A stretch of DNA of 64,000 nt from Tubiluchus corallicola (Eukaryota; Animalia; Priapulida), in assembly GCA_030141605.1 (NCBI GenBank), contig JAQGDQ010000168.1, forward strand, positions 62,001 through 126,000. Reading direction: 5' to 3'. Shown in pieces: positions 14,211 through 28,127 of the stretch. Each line of letters opens with the position of its first letter. Position 1 is the stretch's first letter. The notes under the pieces are model-generated. The model did no database searches. It had not been told where the DNA came from and was given only the letters and a program-made list of their open reading frames with translations. The position numbers and the translations under genes are program-made.

Positions 14211-16451
14211 AATATTGTTGAAGTTAAGCTTTAATACAGCAATCTGTCGTAGGTGTGTCATAGGTCAAGTAATGTCAAGCAGATTCTTCGATTGTAACAA
14301 AGGAATAAAAATTTATTTAGTTGATTAAAAACGGACACGAATATCACGTCATTCTCCGTGAATTCTGCTGCGGCATTCTCAGTGAATTGCACTAAAATGA
14401 AACCGACATCAAAGTTATACTACAACTACTGACTAAAAGAGATACGCAAAAGCACATAGAAAACTACTGCAAAATTTAACTGACATTGCGGCCATCTGCA
14501 GTGTCACGTGTGTGGCATTGATCACTGTCTTTGAATTCTTAAATGATTTAATGACCTATGATAGAAGCATATTAAATATTTGCTGTGAAGATCACAGAAG
14601 CAGAATTTTCCTCATCAATTTATTGCTGATTTTATTGCATTTTAACTTCTTTTTTGACACAATTTGTTTTCTAAATATTTAACCTTTGCAAGCACGATTT
14701 TTTCTAATATTTAGGGAAGTTTTTTGTCTATGTCAAAACAGCTGCAAAACTAAAATATTGCCTGTATTTCTGCACTTAATGAACCGACAAAATGTATTAT
14801 GGTTAATTAAAACGTGTGATACACTTCTCGTATGTTAATTATTTCAGACTTACAATTATGTGTTTACTATTGCCTCTCTCAAATGGTCTCTCGATATTTG
14901 CTACAAGATATTTTTAAAGGAGTGTATATTTTTAACGACTGTGAGTAGGTCTATTCGAAGTATCTTCAGCGGCGCACCGACGTCATTCGTGCAGGTCACG
15001 TGACGAGTTGGAATTCCACGCCCCAGTTCAGTCATCTCGTTTAGAAACAATTTTGGATTTTATTGGAGGATAATGAAGAGATGATAAGAGAAGAATAAAA
15101 ACCATTGAGGTAATTTGACGACGTCTTCAATTGTGAAGATGTGATTAGTTAATAAGGTGCGAGGGAAAGAGTTAATAAATTCGCTTGAATGAATTGCTAA
15201 GTGGTAGTAAACCGCGTGAACGATTTATAATACATATTGCTAGTCACATATTTAATCGCTTGCATTTGACCGCTTTATTTAAAACAATCTACAAGAGAAG
15301 AAACGCAGAAAATTTGGGAAGCCATGGGGGCATTAAGATTTCGAAGTTTCAACTGTGAACTTATATCAGTCTATGATTTGGCAAAACTTTATCTCTATTT
15401 CAAGAAGATGGCAACCCTGCTAGGTACTACCAGTATTTTTGTCCACGGTATTTGAAAGATTTGTCCACGGTATTTGAAAGATTTGAAAGAATGTGATAGT
15501 TTTTGGCAAATAAAAACATACACCACATATAGGTGGTGCCACCTTCTTACAGTGCTCTGCTCCACTGAATTGTATGCTTGTGTTATTATTTGTTGAATGT
15601 CAGTCGAGTTTGCTCAAGTCATGGGGTAACGACTGGTCAGTTTGGTCTGGATCATGCAACTTTACAGAGTAATAATAAATTCCTGAAAAAACATAGACAA
15701 CGTAGCTTTATGTAGGCATTCTAGGGAGAGACCAGGCCGCTTTGCACAGGTAATAATAAATTTTTAGGAAAATAAGTTCTAGGTTTTATGTTTAGAAGCT
15801 AGTACGTGGCAATGTCTTCTCGTCTACAAACAGTTAGAAATGAATGACAATTTCAAAAAGCCGATGGTGACCCTGCTGCCAAGACAAAAATTAGTAAAAG
15901 TAATAAACGCTACGGTTCACAGTCATAAAGCATAAAAGTATAACAAATTTTTTGCAACTTATCTTTAGGATTTTATTTGCAAGGGACCGTATTGGTGGAA
16001 TTTCAATATAGAACATATTTTAGGCTGAAATTCGGAAATATTACCACACCGCTTGCTCTAACGAGTAGTCTTATATCGTAGCGTTCATGTTGTTGTTGTC
16101 CTTGTCGCCGCCGTCGGCATTGCCGTTGTTGTTAGGATGTTTTTAACGAGAAAATTGACAGCTTTTTTTGCTAAAATAGCTCTAGAAATTGGGAAAAACT
16201 AATGTCTGGAATACAACAACATTGTAGCATGCTCTTGAAGTGATTAGTTTTTTGGCTCCTTTGTGCTAGAACAGGGATACCAACCCTGTGTCTTGCTTGT
16301 GCAGAAATAATGTGTCTTGTAAATTTTATGGGTAGGGCTTTCTGCTGGCGTTCTGTATTTTCACATCTCACATTTTTACAGAGTAAATTTCCAATTTTAA
16401 ATTTCAGTAACAAACAGAAAAGAATAAGTCTTTAGGCTGTCTTAAAACTCG

Positions 16452-18077
16452 TCACTCTTTTAGCGGACGTTTATACATTCCCGGTCCGTCCAAGTAATAA
16501 TGTACGTCTCGAAATATCATTACGTTTTCGTCTTGCTGTTTCTTGATAGCAGTCATCAAATTTTGTAACGCATCGGGAAAAGGTGGCAATCGTGCCACTT
16601 TGCACAGATCTTTGAAAAATCTTATTGGTGGAAATTCTTTTGTTAGGAAGTGATGATTTTCTCTCCCTCTGTACCATTTACATGTTTTTCTTTCTGCCAT
16701 TTCAGCTTCTATGTCAGCATTCATGTCTTCTTCCGTGGGTAATTCTAAAGTTCCATCTAGTATTTTAAGAGCAAAGGGGACCTGCCAACATGCTATGGAA
16801 ATTACGGGGCAATATGGCATTCCCACAAAGATGATGTTCGGATGTTTTGTGCAGACCGTATGCCTGTATAATGGTGAAACGTTAAAGTCAGTGACTGTGA
16901 TACCACAATCTGGGTGCAAAAACGGGTAAAAATACTTGTATCCAGTACAAAACAAAATAATATCAGCAATTAACGGTTCGCCGTCTGCGAAATTGATATG
17001 AAACTTATCAATACATGTAATCTTTGATAAATTTTCCACTTTTACATGAGAAGGAAGTTTTCCTTCGTGATATTGTTTCTTCAGCTTAAAGGAGTCATAA
17101 TCAGTGACGCAAAAAGTTAGAGATTTCGCCACCTTTGATACGCTTAGACCAATGTCAAAGGCTGATCGACCACCACCAACCACAGCCACTTGCTTTCCTG
17201 TGCAAAGGTTTGGTGACCGATACTGACAACTGTGTAGTATTTCTCCTGTAAAACTTTTCAGTCCTTCCAGTTCAGGAATGTAGGGATCGACGAAAGCACC
17301 CGTACAAATTAGCACAGCATCAAAGCAAACCTCTTTTGTGGTTTTATCTAAAACATTTTCTATTGTTATTAATAGCTGTGGAAAATTTTCCTTTTTCGTT
17401 ACAGGTTTAATCAGCTTGACCACAGAATTGGTTCTTATGTACCGGCGAATATTATGTTGGCTGGCGAAGTCATGTAAGTACTGAAGGACGCGCTGATGAG
17501 TTACAAAGTCGAAAGAGTCCACATCTGAAGGCCAAGGATGCCCAGCAAACGTCATCAAAGCAACTGGGAAGTTCGTCACAAGATCTTTATATATGCTTGA
17601 ATACATTCTGTGACCTTCGCTGTCTAACTCTGTTTTATCACTGTACAACCACATTCCACCTATATATAACAGAAGTTAATTATCCATCATGATGTTTTTA
17701 TAAATGACGAGCAGTCATTAGAAATGCACTACTTTACCTAATAAACAAGCCTTCAGAAAAACTGGAAAGTAGGAAAAAATGTCGCTAGAACTCAAATTGA
17801 GCGAAATACTTAAAAACTTTCTCTTTTAGTTCTTGGTACCACGAATTAAATAAACGTGCCGCTTATGTATTCCGCTCGTTTCGCCAATGATCAGCTATCC
17901 ACAATACACACGTATAGAGACTCCATTAATTTAAAAAATGAATAATTGTTATTGACTGATGCTTTGCAGATCAGTGCTTTGGATGACTGTCGATAAAAAG
18001 AGGCTGCTTCTTCACTTTGCTTTTGATCGGTAGTTCTTTTCTACAAATACACTCACACACACACACACACACACACA

Positions 18078-18112
<35 letters not shown>

Positions 18113-18159
18113 TGCTTTTTCACTTTGCTTTTGATCGGTAGTTCTTTTCTACAAATACA

Positions 18160-18246
<87 letters not shown>

Positions 18247-18466
18247 TGAGAGAGTTAAAATGAACGAGTATAAAATTAACTTATGATAAATCTCTCGCCT
18301 ATAAAACCTATGATAAATTAGATAGGTCTAGCTATGGTATTAGTTTACCTATATCTGAATTGCGTTCAAATACCATGTGTTCAAAATCACGTCGGGTTGA
18401 CAGGAACTGTGACGCAATGAGGCCTGCTGGCCCAGCTCCAATTATAGCAATTCTCTTCACAGCCAT
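16452..18466 (-). CDS. Flavin-containing monooxygenase (short, no C-terminal membrane anchor; insect FMO/GS-OX-like architecture), 2 exons: 18466-18349, 17659-16452 (441 aa)
   Basis: FAD motif GAGPAG in exon 1; junction DIG|GMWLY (G|GTAAAC ... TATAG|GT, phase 1); [12 protein letters not shown]; FMO fingerprint [11 protein letters not shown]; NADPH motif GGGRSA; FCTGY. 118+1208=1326 nt, no stops. Confidence 0.93.
18003..18246 (+). repeat. Duplicated unit of ~50 bp unique sequence + (CA)n + (GCAC)n in the FMO intron
   Basis: CACTTTGCTTTTGATCGGTAGTTCTTTTCTACAAATACACTCAC occurs at ~18013 and ~18121, each followed by CA and GCAC runs. Confidence 0.92.
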
Positions 18467-21400
18467 AGCGTTCGTACACTCTACACAAAAAATCAAGTCT
18501 GGTATGTCAATGAGAAACCTTATCAAGCAAACATAACTGTATTTATATTAAGCGAGCGTATGTAAGGTCTATGCAGTGCTGTGTAATAAAGTACAAATGT
18601 GAACATGGAGAGACACCTATGCCTAGCATGCATGGTTAAAGTCCTTGAACATTATCCATATTATACACTGGTATGGAGCGCTACTACCGGGTCCTGAGTA
18701 AAGTATTATTGACGAAGCAATGGAAGCCAGACTGGATTTAAACTACCTAACATTAATTTCTTCTCGTCAATTAAAAATTCTTTAAAAGTTTGCGTACATT
18801 GAAATACGGCAGGAATTGCATACAGCCACTTTCATCGCTTTAAAATAGGACAAAGTTATTACACAAAACACATGAGCTAAAAAGGGAGACATGAGAGTAA
18901 ATATATATCCGCTTTATTATGCACAAATATAGCAAAATATTCTGACTACGTACCTAATTTTATTTTCACAAGCAGGTTTTTGAAAAGTGTTCACAGTATG
19001 AACTTAGCGATCAAAGTAAAGCAACGCTCCCCAGTAAATAATCAACCTCTAATTATTTACCTCACAGCTGTATCCGTAGGACCGTTGGTGAATGTGGTTA
19101 AAGTATTCCTGTTGTTACAGAGTGTGATTTTTGTGATCTACCTTAAGTAGACCCGCCTGGCTTACAAAGTGCTAACTATATACACGTATAAACAATTAAA
19201 ACAATATACGTAAACTGTTTTTCAACATCTATTGTATGTAGCTACAAAACATTTTAAATTTACTTTGAACTACATGAGATCTTTTGTATGTATAATGTTT
19301 TGCGTACGGACACGTATTGGCACATATATAATTAGAGATAATGCACATATATATATCTCCATAGATTTCGATATTTTGCATTTTGAAATACCATGGTGTT
19401 TCTAGTAGACTTTTCTATTATCTGTCCTGACAAGATTGGAAGGGTGGCAAATCCTCTTTTTTGCCAAATACCCAATAAACTTCAAGGGCGTTTTTAGACA
19501 GAAAATGATGTGCTTTCTTCTTCACAAACCACTCGCATTTTTTTCAGCTATATATCAACATGTTTAGTATCTCATCCTATAGGTTTATTTTCGGTAGCTA
19601 GTTTATGTGTCCGCTTCAAGCGTATTTGCGCTAAATAAGTCTAATGTGGCGTGAAAGTCCGGTATATGAAGTGCAGAAAAAGTGCTGTTATTGATGCTAT
19701 ACAAAGTATTGGAACGTTGTTAATTATTGAACGCTGTTTATTGTGTATCTTAGATACTTTATTTCAATTTTATTTAAAGTTTTTTCGACAAGAACAATGC
19801 TCATTGGGTTATATAATAAATTTTGATAGTTATACAAATCCCGATAGTGAGGTAGGGGATGCGCAACAGCCACACAGTTAGATATAGAGGGCAATGTAAT
19901 TAATCCAATTAGTCCCAAGCTGCTGTTACTTATATTGCTGCCTCTGCCTAACAGCCAAACTTGAACTTAGTCATATTTTGGAGCGGTGGAGAGTGGTGAT
20001 GGGCACGGTAACTAATAAACTCACTAAGGATCCCGCAAAGGACATGCTGACATGAAAAAGGGACAAACCAATTCAAGAATCAGACATATTCCCTAAATCT
20101 GCACATCCATTTCATAGTGAATCTGTTGCTAGTGCCATGACCCCCATATACCGCCACGTACTGTTACGAAGTTGTTGCTATATGTACTACTACATGATAA
20201 GGACAAAACGGCAAATTCATTTATGGTAGACCGATGGCATAGGGCGGAAACTTAATCATACTTTAGTTGTCCCACTATTGTCGCTAATCTCTCATTGTTT
20301 CACGCCTTAGATCTTAGAAACCAAAGAAGGAAGTCAACTTCACGCTCAGTGACAGCAATTCATCGCTAATAGTTAAAATTGACCACTGTCTGACCTTGAC
20401 TGTACCGTCGATTTCATCCTGTTTAGCCTCGCCTATGACCTGTACACTGACTTTTTCCATCATTTCGTTATTAGGCATCCAGTTTTCAACCATTTAATTC
20501 ACGTTAACTCGCAAACGTAGACAGGTTAGAGTTATGAAACCTGGGCAGATTACTGGTGTCGGGCCTTGAAAGTGGTGTTGTGAACAATGATCTCGATCAA
20601 AGGGCCAAGAACGCTGAACATCGGTCCGTTATGGATTGCCATTCACCTTTTCCTTTGGCTTTGAGTTAAATACATTTTTCATAAGTAATGTTGGGTAGAT
20701 GTGTACCCGGTCTTTTTTTAAAAACTATGACACTATAAGAACGCTAGTAGCCAAACTGCATAACGTTGTATGACTTTAAAGCTATAGCAAGTAGAGCCGC
20801 GATACTTGTGTGTGTGTGTGGGGGGGGGGGGGTAGTGGTACGTTTTAGAAAGCTGGTATTGTTTAGTTTAAGGCTCCGAGATAGGAACCAAAATGTTGTC
20901 GTCAAGCTCACGATTGCTTTATCTTATTTTTATTAATTATTAGTTTTTAATTATTATCATTAGTCATATTATTACAGTCTCTTGTTAAAACATTAAAAAT
21001 CCCACACAAGAAATTTCAGCTATAAAATAAGTCTATTTCTTTGTATACAGTCTAAACTTTCATCCTTGAACTAGTATGTATAGCATTTACCGTCATTGAA
21101 TTGCTGGCTTCCTTGCTTCATGGAAAATTTTACCTGGACAATTGGCTTTCTGAGATCACTTAGTAAGCATGTGACTTAAACGTATAGTGTTATTAATGAT
21201 TTATAAAAATAAAGTTCACATGTATTCTACTCGAATTCTACCTGTATTCTAGTGTCTTAGCAATTACCCTCAGAACTTCTTCATAAATGTCAATTAAGGG
21301 CAGTTTTAATTTATGTTAACTAGCAAACAAGCAAGACTACAGCATCGAAATTTGCGTCGTATACAGCTGAGGTAAGACCTAAAATGGTATGGTAAATGGT

Positions 21401-22152
21401 GACCTCAGCCAAAGTGTCAAAGAAACTGGATATTAGTCAATTTTTTGTTGTGGTTCAACTCCTCCTAGGCATTCGAGTTAAGTTCAGTTTTTTCATAAAT
21501 ATTTAGATACTGTGGGATACTGATGCACTCGATGATAAACAGGTGTAAACGCGGTCACCGAGCTCAGTCCTGATTGTCCTACCTCAAGTACCATCTATGG
21601 GAATTTTAGCACTCTAGGTACTTTTTGAGTAATACGTGATTTAAATTTGCAAAGCAAGAAGTATTTACAAAATTTTGTAGTCATAAAGTGTCGTGTTTAA
21701 ATCGGTGTGAAACCTGAATCTGCTTAACTGTGAAAATTAGATGTGGTTTATTAAATCAAATTTATAATATGATTAAAAAGTACAAAACCAGGAAGACAAA
21801 AAATAACACTGATTAATTCTTAACCACAAGAATATTAACAATGAATAAAAAAATCTTACAATTTATAAACTTGCAAGTTTTAACTTGTTAGTGATTTTGG
21901 CTAATCATTCGAATTTCCACCGCATAACATATACAAGCTGATGCACGAATAAACAAATCAGAGCCTACTAAGTTTTAAGGACAGTACAGATTTCCTGACT
22001 GCAGTAATGTAAGTTAATATATCGACTTTGACAGTGTGATTTTTGTCCACAGTCATATTAGTATAAATATCACAGAATCTTCCCTGTACAGCTAGATCAG
22101 CTATAACATTATAATGTCATAAATGTATTTCAAAGGACAACTTTTCAACACA

Positions 22153-22241
22153 GTTATTAAGCCCAAACATTTCCTCTTATATGTTTAATTCGTTATTAAG
22201 CCCAAACATTTCCTCTTATATGTTTAATTCGTTATTAAGCC
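22153..22241 (+). repeat. Short tandem duplication (38-bp period, ~2.3 copies)
   Basis: GTTATTAAGCCCAAACATTTCCTCTTATATGTTTAATTC repeated. Confidence 0.85.
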
Positions 22242-22534
22242 TATCTTACATATTTTAGTAGCTCCACTTTTCTTGTACTGCTTTTGAAGTTGTAAAACAC
22301 AAAATAACAACGTAATAGCAGAACGATTAATCACTCATTCCGAACTTTTTAATTGCAAGGTTAGAAATAATACAATGACCGGAATATTTTTACAGAAATC
22401 TACAAAAACGGGCGCTCATAACGGCACCTGATGGGCTATGACAAACAGACCATTTCTGATGTTTTTATGTACTGGTTTTCATGCTTGGCTTTCTTAGCGA
22501 AACTAAAATATTTTCACGTATCACTGTAACATTG

Positions 22535-22585
22535 AAAGCAAAAGCTCTTGGGCTCGAATCCCAGGAGAGCGTAAAACTTTTTTTG
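22535..22585 (+). mobile_element. tRNA-derived SINE remnant
   Basis: B-box-like GGCTCGAATCCCAGG followed by a T-run; no full cloverleaf. Confidence 0.35.
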
Positions 22586-22751
22586 ATTTTCTAATCTGGT
22601 ACTGCTTTCGTGCGTTTACGTAGTTTAAAGAATGTAGGTTTTATTGATAATATCGGACAACAATAATAAAAAATATAATGCAATTTAGTCTTCATTTAAT
22701 TTAACATTAGATTTTTTGCATGTTATAGTAAATGGGATGCAAAATGGTTAC

Positions 22752-25700
22752 TTATAGATAACGTGTAAACATTTTACCGTTGATCACATACGTTGCATTC
22801 CGAAATGCTGGAAAGTTTTTGAAAATATTTCCAACTACCTGTCCTGGCAGTGACTGCATTTCTTGTGAAGAAATGGCAAGTTGCCTGCTTCAGCAAGGTC
22901 CTCAATAAATTTCATCGGAGGGAATTTCCTAGAAAGAAGATGATGTACACCCCCCCAAACCAACCACATTTTTTCCTTCCATGAATTTCAGCTTCTGTAT
23001 CAACATTCATTTCCTCTTCAGTGGGCAACTCTAAACTTCCGTCAACGATTTTCAGAGCAAAAAGAACCTGCCAACATGCGAATGTAAATAAAGGACAATT
23101 TGGTAATGCTGTAAACATGATGTTCGCGTGTTTTGTACATTTTGTACGTTTAAAAAGAGGTGACACTTAAAAATCTTCTACTTTTATTCCACAGTCTGGA
23201 TGCAAGAAGGGATATGAAAACTTGTATCCCGTACAGAAAACAATGTACCAGAAAACAGGCGTCTGCTATTATTGACTCTATCAGCCATTTTGATGCTGTT
23301 TCTTCAATTGAATCAAGGCATGATAAAGCAACCACAAAGTTTGCAGGTAAAAGGCCATCAGCATTTTGCTTCCTAAAATGAAAGACGTCCTGCTCTGATA
23401 AGCATGAGATAATTTAAGACCAATGTCAACTGCTGATAGACCACTACCCACGACAATGACACGTTTATCTGCAAATGGCTCTGCAGAACGGTATTGACAA
23501 CTGTCTAAAAATTTTCCCTTAAATTTGTGCAAACCATCTACTTTTGGAAGTAGATCCATAAAAGCACCCGTACAAATTAAAACAACATCAAAACATAACT
23601 CTTCAATAGTTTTAGTCACCACATTTTCTTGGGAAATCTGTCTTGTGACGTCATTGGTTTATCAGCTTGACTTCCGTGTTGGTTTCACGTCCTGATGAAG
23701 GTTATACTGGTTTACAAGACTTTGAAGATATTGTTGGTCTTGTGTATGTAGTGCAAATTCGTGCAGATCCACATCTGAAGGGTGACCTGCTACACACATC
23801 AGTGCATCGGAAGGTTTCTTGTCAGATTCTTGTACACTGGACTATGTATTCTCTGACCTTATTCATCTAGCTCTGTTTCTTCAGTGTGCAGCCATGTGCC
23901 ACCTATATAAGGAAACCAAATTTGTCAACAGCTTGTCAGACACAGTTGCCAAGCACTGTAAGAAATTTCACAGTATGTTAAATAAAAGATACTGCATTAG
24001 ATAAGAGATACTGCAGACGCAAGCACATACGGAAACACATACAATCGATATAATAAAAATTCTGTGCCTAACGTCGAGTAAATTGTACATGGTCAGTGAA
24101 AAAACGAAACTAAATTGAAATTGCTATAAAATGCAATTTGGTTTCTATTCAAGTAATTTTATGCTAAATAAATGAAAGGATGTGAATAATTGGTGAACGA
24201 TAGCTTAAGAGCTTTCAAGATGCAGGGGCAATTGCATAAATAAGAGTTGAAAGTGGTATTTTTTCACAAGATTGTCAAAAAACCATAACTAGTTACTGCC
24301 AAAACAATCAATGAGTATTTGAAAAACTTCCTTGAGCTGGTAAATTTATCTTTGCACTAGCGTTTCTTAATAAAAAAATCATGGTTCTCTAAGAGATCAT
24401 CAGATTCTGTCAGTTTCGAACATGAATAGTTAGTCAGTTTCGAACACTACAGGGTTTTGCAAACTTAGTTTCCATCATATAAAATTTGAATTTAATCTAT
24501 TGCGCTAGACCCTGTGCGTTAAATAGCTATTAGTCATGCTTCTAACTCTGTTCCTTTCTAGCTTGTTCTAATATGTAAGCTTGATACTTTATAAAAACGT
24601 GAATAATATTTGTATGATATTATTTCTGGTGTCACAAGCTCTGTTTCCATCATACAAAATTTGAATCTAATCTAAGATTACTTTTTGTTGTTCGTGTACT
24701 TGATAATGAACTTGTCTAACGCGGCCATTGCTAGCTAGAAGCTATACATAGAATAGCTCTGTATAAGTCGTGTTCCTAACTCTGTTCACATGAGTGCACG
24801 TTATAAAACACAGCACTCGTTGACGCCAAGCATTTGTACCCGTCCCTATTGCACAATCCTCCAAATCCAAGATACATCTTTTCTTTGGGCTTTTTTCTTG
24901 ATTCAAGAACATTACCTATGCTATAGGAAGAAGGGAGTGTTGAGGCAGTATAAGTGTCCAATCCAGTGCAGTCCTCTTATTTGGAATTATTTACTACAAG
25001 GGCCTTTCTTTATCAATGAATATTTTATTATGCCACTAAATCTTGATACCTAACGGCGTCCTGTTGTCACGTCTTTGAATTGCATCTTTTGTTTTTTGAC
25101 TCATCTTGCTCCTAATTCAGCATTATATAGAAATACAGATTCAACTAAAGTGGTTAAGCAGTGTGGTTTGACGAGAAAGTTTGTTGTTTTCGAAAAACTA
25201 TGTGTGATCTGAGTAAGCAGACAATCCTAGAATTTTATTCGTTGTACTTCATCTTCGGCGTTTAACAGGCTACCAAGATTTTTTACATTTTTTTAAAAAG
25301 CTGATCGTGACATTGTTCCGTCTTTGTATTATTGACCTTAAGATCACATTAAGTTTTTTAGAAAACTGTTGATTGTTTTTTGGTTTCCCAAATTTCTTGT
25401 GCACAGCACTGAAATTAATGAAGCAGGTCTTCCAAATGTTAAATTAAATCCAACTAGTTTGTGTGATGTGAAGGTTACTGGACTAAGACGTGTGTAGGTA
25501 TGATTCGTCTCCATTCAGTATAATGCGAAACCAACAATGAAATCAATAAACTATTTCTTCTCATTAATAAACACGCTTTTTATCTAATTTGTGTTTTAAT
25601 TTTGTTTGTTTTATTCATGCCACACAGTACAAATAATGATCAATGTTTTAATGAAGGAAATAACACAAATAATAAATAATGTTTTAAATTATCAAGACAA

Positions 25701-25921
25701 TCCATTTTTTCAATACGGTTAATTTCAGAGAAGATATATGACTTCTTAGAAAGATTTATTGTATTGTGTCTAACCTAATATCACACTACTTACCTATATC
25801 AGAATTTCTCTCAAACACTACATGCTCAAAAATCCTGTCGTTCAGAGAGGATCTGCGAAGCAACAAGTCCTGTCGGTCCTCCACCTATAGCAGCAACTTT
25901 TTTCTTTTCTGGGGAACTCAT
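22752..25921 (-). pseudogene. FMO pseudogene, tandem paralogue of the intact gene (exon 1 25921-25794; exon 2 ~23902-22752)
   Basis: Exon 1 reads MSSPEKKKVAAIGGGPTGLVASQILSERQDF[+1 frameshift][12 protein letters not shown]|GTAAGT, with the same intron position as the intact gene. Exon 2 starts GTWLHTEETELDE* with in-frame TAA/TGA, a deletion and several frameshifts, but retains [25 protein letters not shown] and ACWQVLFALKIVDGSLELPTEEEM. Confidence 0.9.
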
Positions 25922-28127
25922 TGTAACACATTGAAGTTAGAGCATCAAAAATAAAATCAGTAATCTGGAGAAATTTGTAAAATACCTTAGCTGAGTTCTA
26001 CAGGTCTCCTTTAGTCATTGAATTGAATTGTCAGGCTCAAAGAACACAAATAGAGCTTTAATACAAGTCAGTTACTTGTCATATAGAGTAGTGGAGCGAA
26101 CGACTCTTGTCTTCATGCGCAGAGACGGGTTTGCAAATGTTCTTTAACGTAACGTGGACGATGGTCCTTGACGTCTTTAGACCATTCTTCAGTTTTTTTG
26201 GCCTGAATAGACGGGATTGAATTGCCTTTTAATATATGATCTTATTACATGTACTGTTTTTGTGAAATCTCGTATTATTTAGCTATTTAAGTCATCATTT
26301 TAGTATTAGCTTCATGTATTTTTTCTGGACAGCGTTCTAGTACGTATTTATATGGATTTTACCCAATACAAAAATAAATAAACTTAAACTCGTATACTCT
26401 GTAATGTATAGGGTTATAGTCAGAACTCACAAGATTTCAATAATTGTTCTTTCACCCTACCAATGGCAGCCTAATCAGAAGCCTGGGTTACCATAGCTAT
26501 ATAGGCACTTTAAAATGACCATAGCTATATAGGTAATTTAAAATGACCTTTTTAAATCTAAATTTGTTTTACCTATTTTGTTTCAAGTTATGTCTGATCT
26601 AAATTGCTAATCGAGTACAATTATTTTTGGTAAAAATCGCATGTTTTTCTAAGCATTAGATCTTGAATAATGAACATTAACTTACCTTTACAGCTGAACA
26701 AAGTTTAGGATATAATGAATAACGTGTCTAGTACATTAGTACGTGTCTTGATTCCTGTACATAATTAGAGACACTGTGCTAGGCTAAAGTTAAACGAGCA
26801 AAGTCAGCCGATCAACCTGATCAGATTTAAATGGCATTTTACATGGTCTTGTTTCTAGGCAAACGATCCTAGGCAACATCTAATGCAATTTTTGATTATG
26901 TATTTACACGTATTTCTGTGCTTGCACTCTGTGCAGAACTTGATATCGTGATGTTGCCTCAGCCTCAATATCATACAAGCTGGATATCGTACTTTTTTCG
27001 TAGACTCCAAGAAGACGATAACAATCCTGTCTATTGAAATATCAACAAATGTTTGTATTTGGAATTTTGATCATCCCTGCATCTGTATGGCAGCTAAATA
27101 ACGCTGAACCTGGCTGACAAATGGGTGACAGGAAAAATACTTTTGGATGGTTTTATCTATGCACGTCCTTGAAAATGCCTTCCTTGAAGAAGTAGAGTGG
27201 TTGAAGGAGTAGAGTGTAAACGTAACTAAATCAATGCAGCCCTGCCTGTTTAATGTCCCATCTTACGCACTTAGCCACTAGTGAGTTAAATATAACATTA
27301 CCACAGCCGTTCATTATTAGTACCAATCTGTTATTGAGTAGTGAATAGAAGGTGGTACACCGATTAGTTGAGGGATGGAAGTAAAAGCCACGATATATTG
27401 TTATCAGTTATTTGTACATCTATTATACACCAGTCAGACCTTAAAATGCCATGGATGCCATGGGAATGATCGGAATCTCTTATGTCATTGAAATGAGAGC
27501 TCTTGCAACCAGGCAAAAACTATAAAGTTTTGTGTCTTAAATTAAGGACGATTTATTCGATGAGAGAGATTTGTCTACTGGCAGGTGTTCAGGGATCAGA
27601 AATTCTCGTGGATTTTTAGACAGGATATAGCTGCTTGCAGCAGTTAGGCAGAAATATAATGCATTTTTTAGCTGGTGTCTATATACTTCCAACACTATTG
27701 ATTCGGGTTTAAGCAGCAACTCCGTGAACCATTGCGCTAAAGATCACACGAATAGTACGGCGCATAAGTAAAAAATTGGGGCTGTTAGTCTATAACAGTG
27801 AAATTAATAAATTAATGAACAAATGCTCGATAGAAACAGAAAATATGAAAAGGAGCTTTAGAAAGTGTATAAGCAAATATCTAAAATTTATTGCTACTAT
27901 TTCAACATCCGTAACAGAGGTTATTATCAGAACCAATAGTTTTATAACTCAAGAACAATAATAAAATTTCTCAAGATACTTCCCAATTTCTGGTAATTAA
28001 ACGGTTATGATTTTCTTCGAATAATTTGTGAATTTGTTTGAACAATTACATCAGTTTAACATTTGCTGAGTAGAATGTGCTGGCTTCTAACACTGGACTT
28101 GCCCTGACAGTGCTGGATTTTCCACAT

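Noticed and set aside
20310-20490. Short minus-strand ORF (MVENWMPNN...) in GC-richer intergenic DNA
   Set aside because: Under 60 codons, no recognisable motif and no convincing splice partners.
24776-24961. ORF as exon 1 of the FMO pseudogene
   Set aside because: No GxGxxG motif in frame; the true exon 1 remnant is at 25794-25921.
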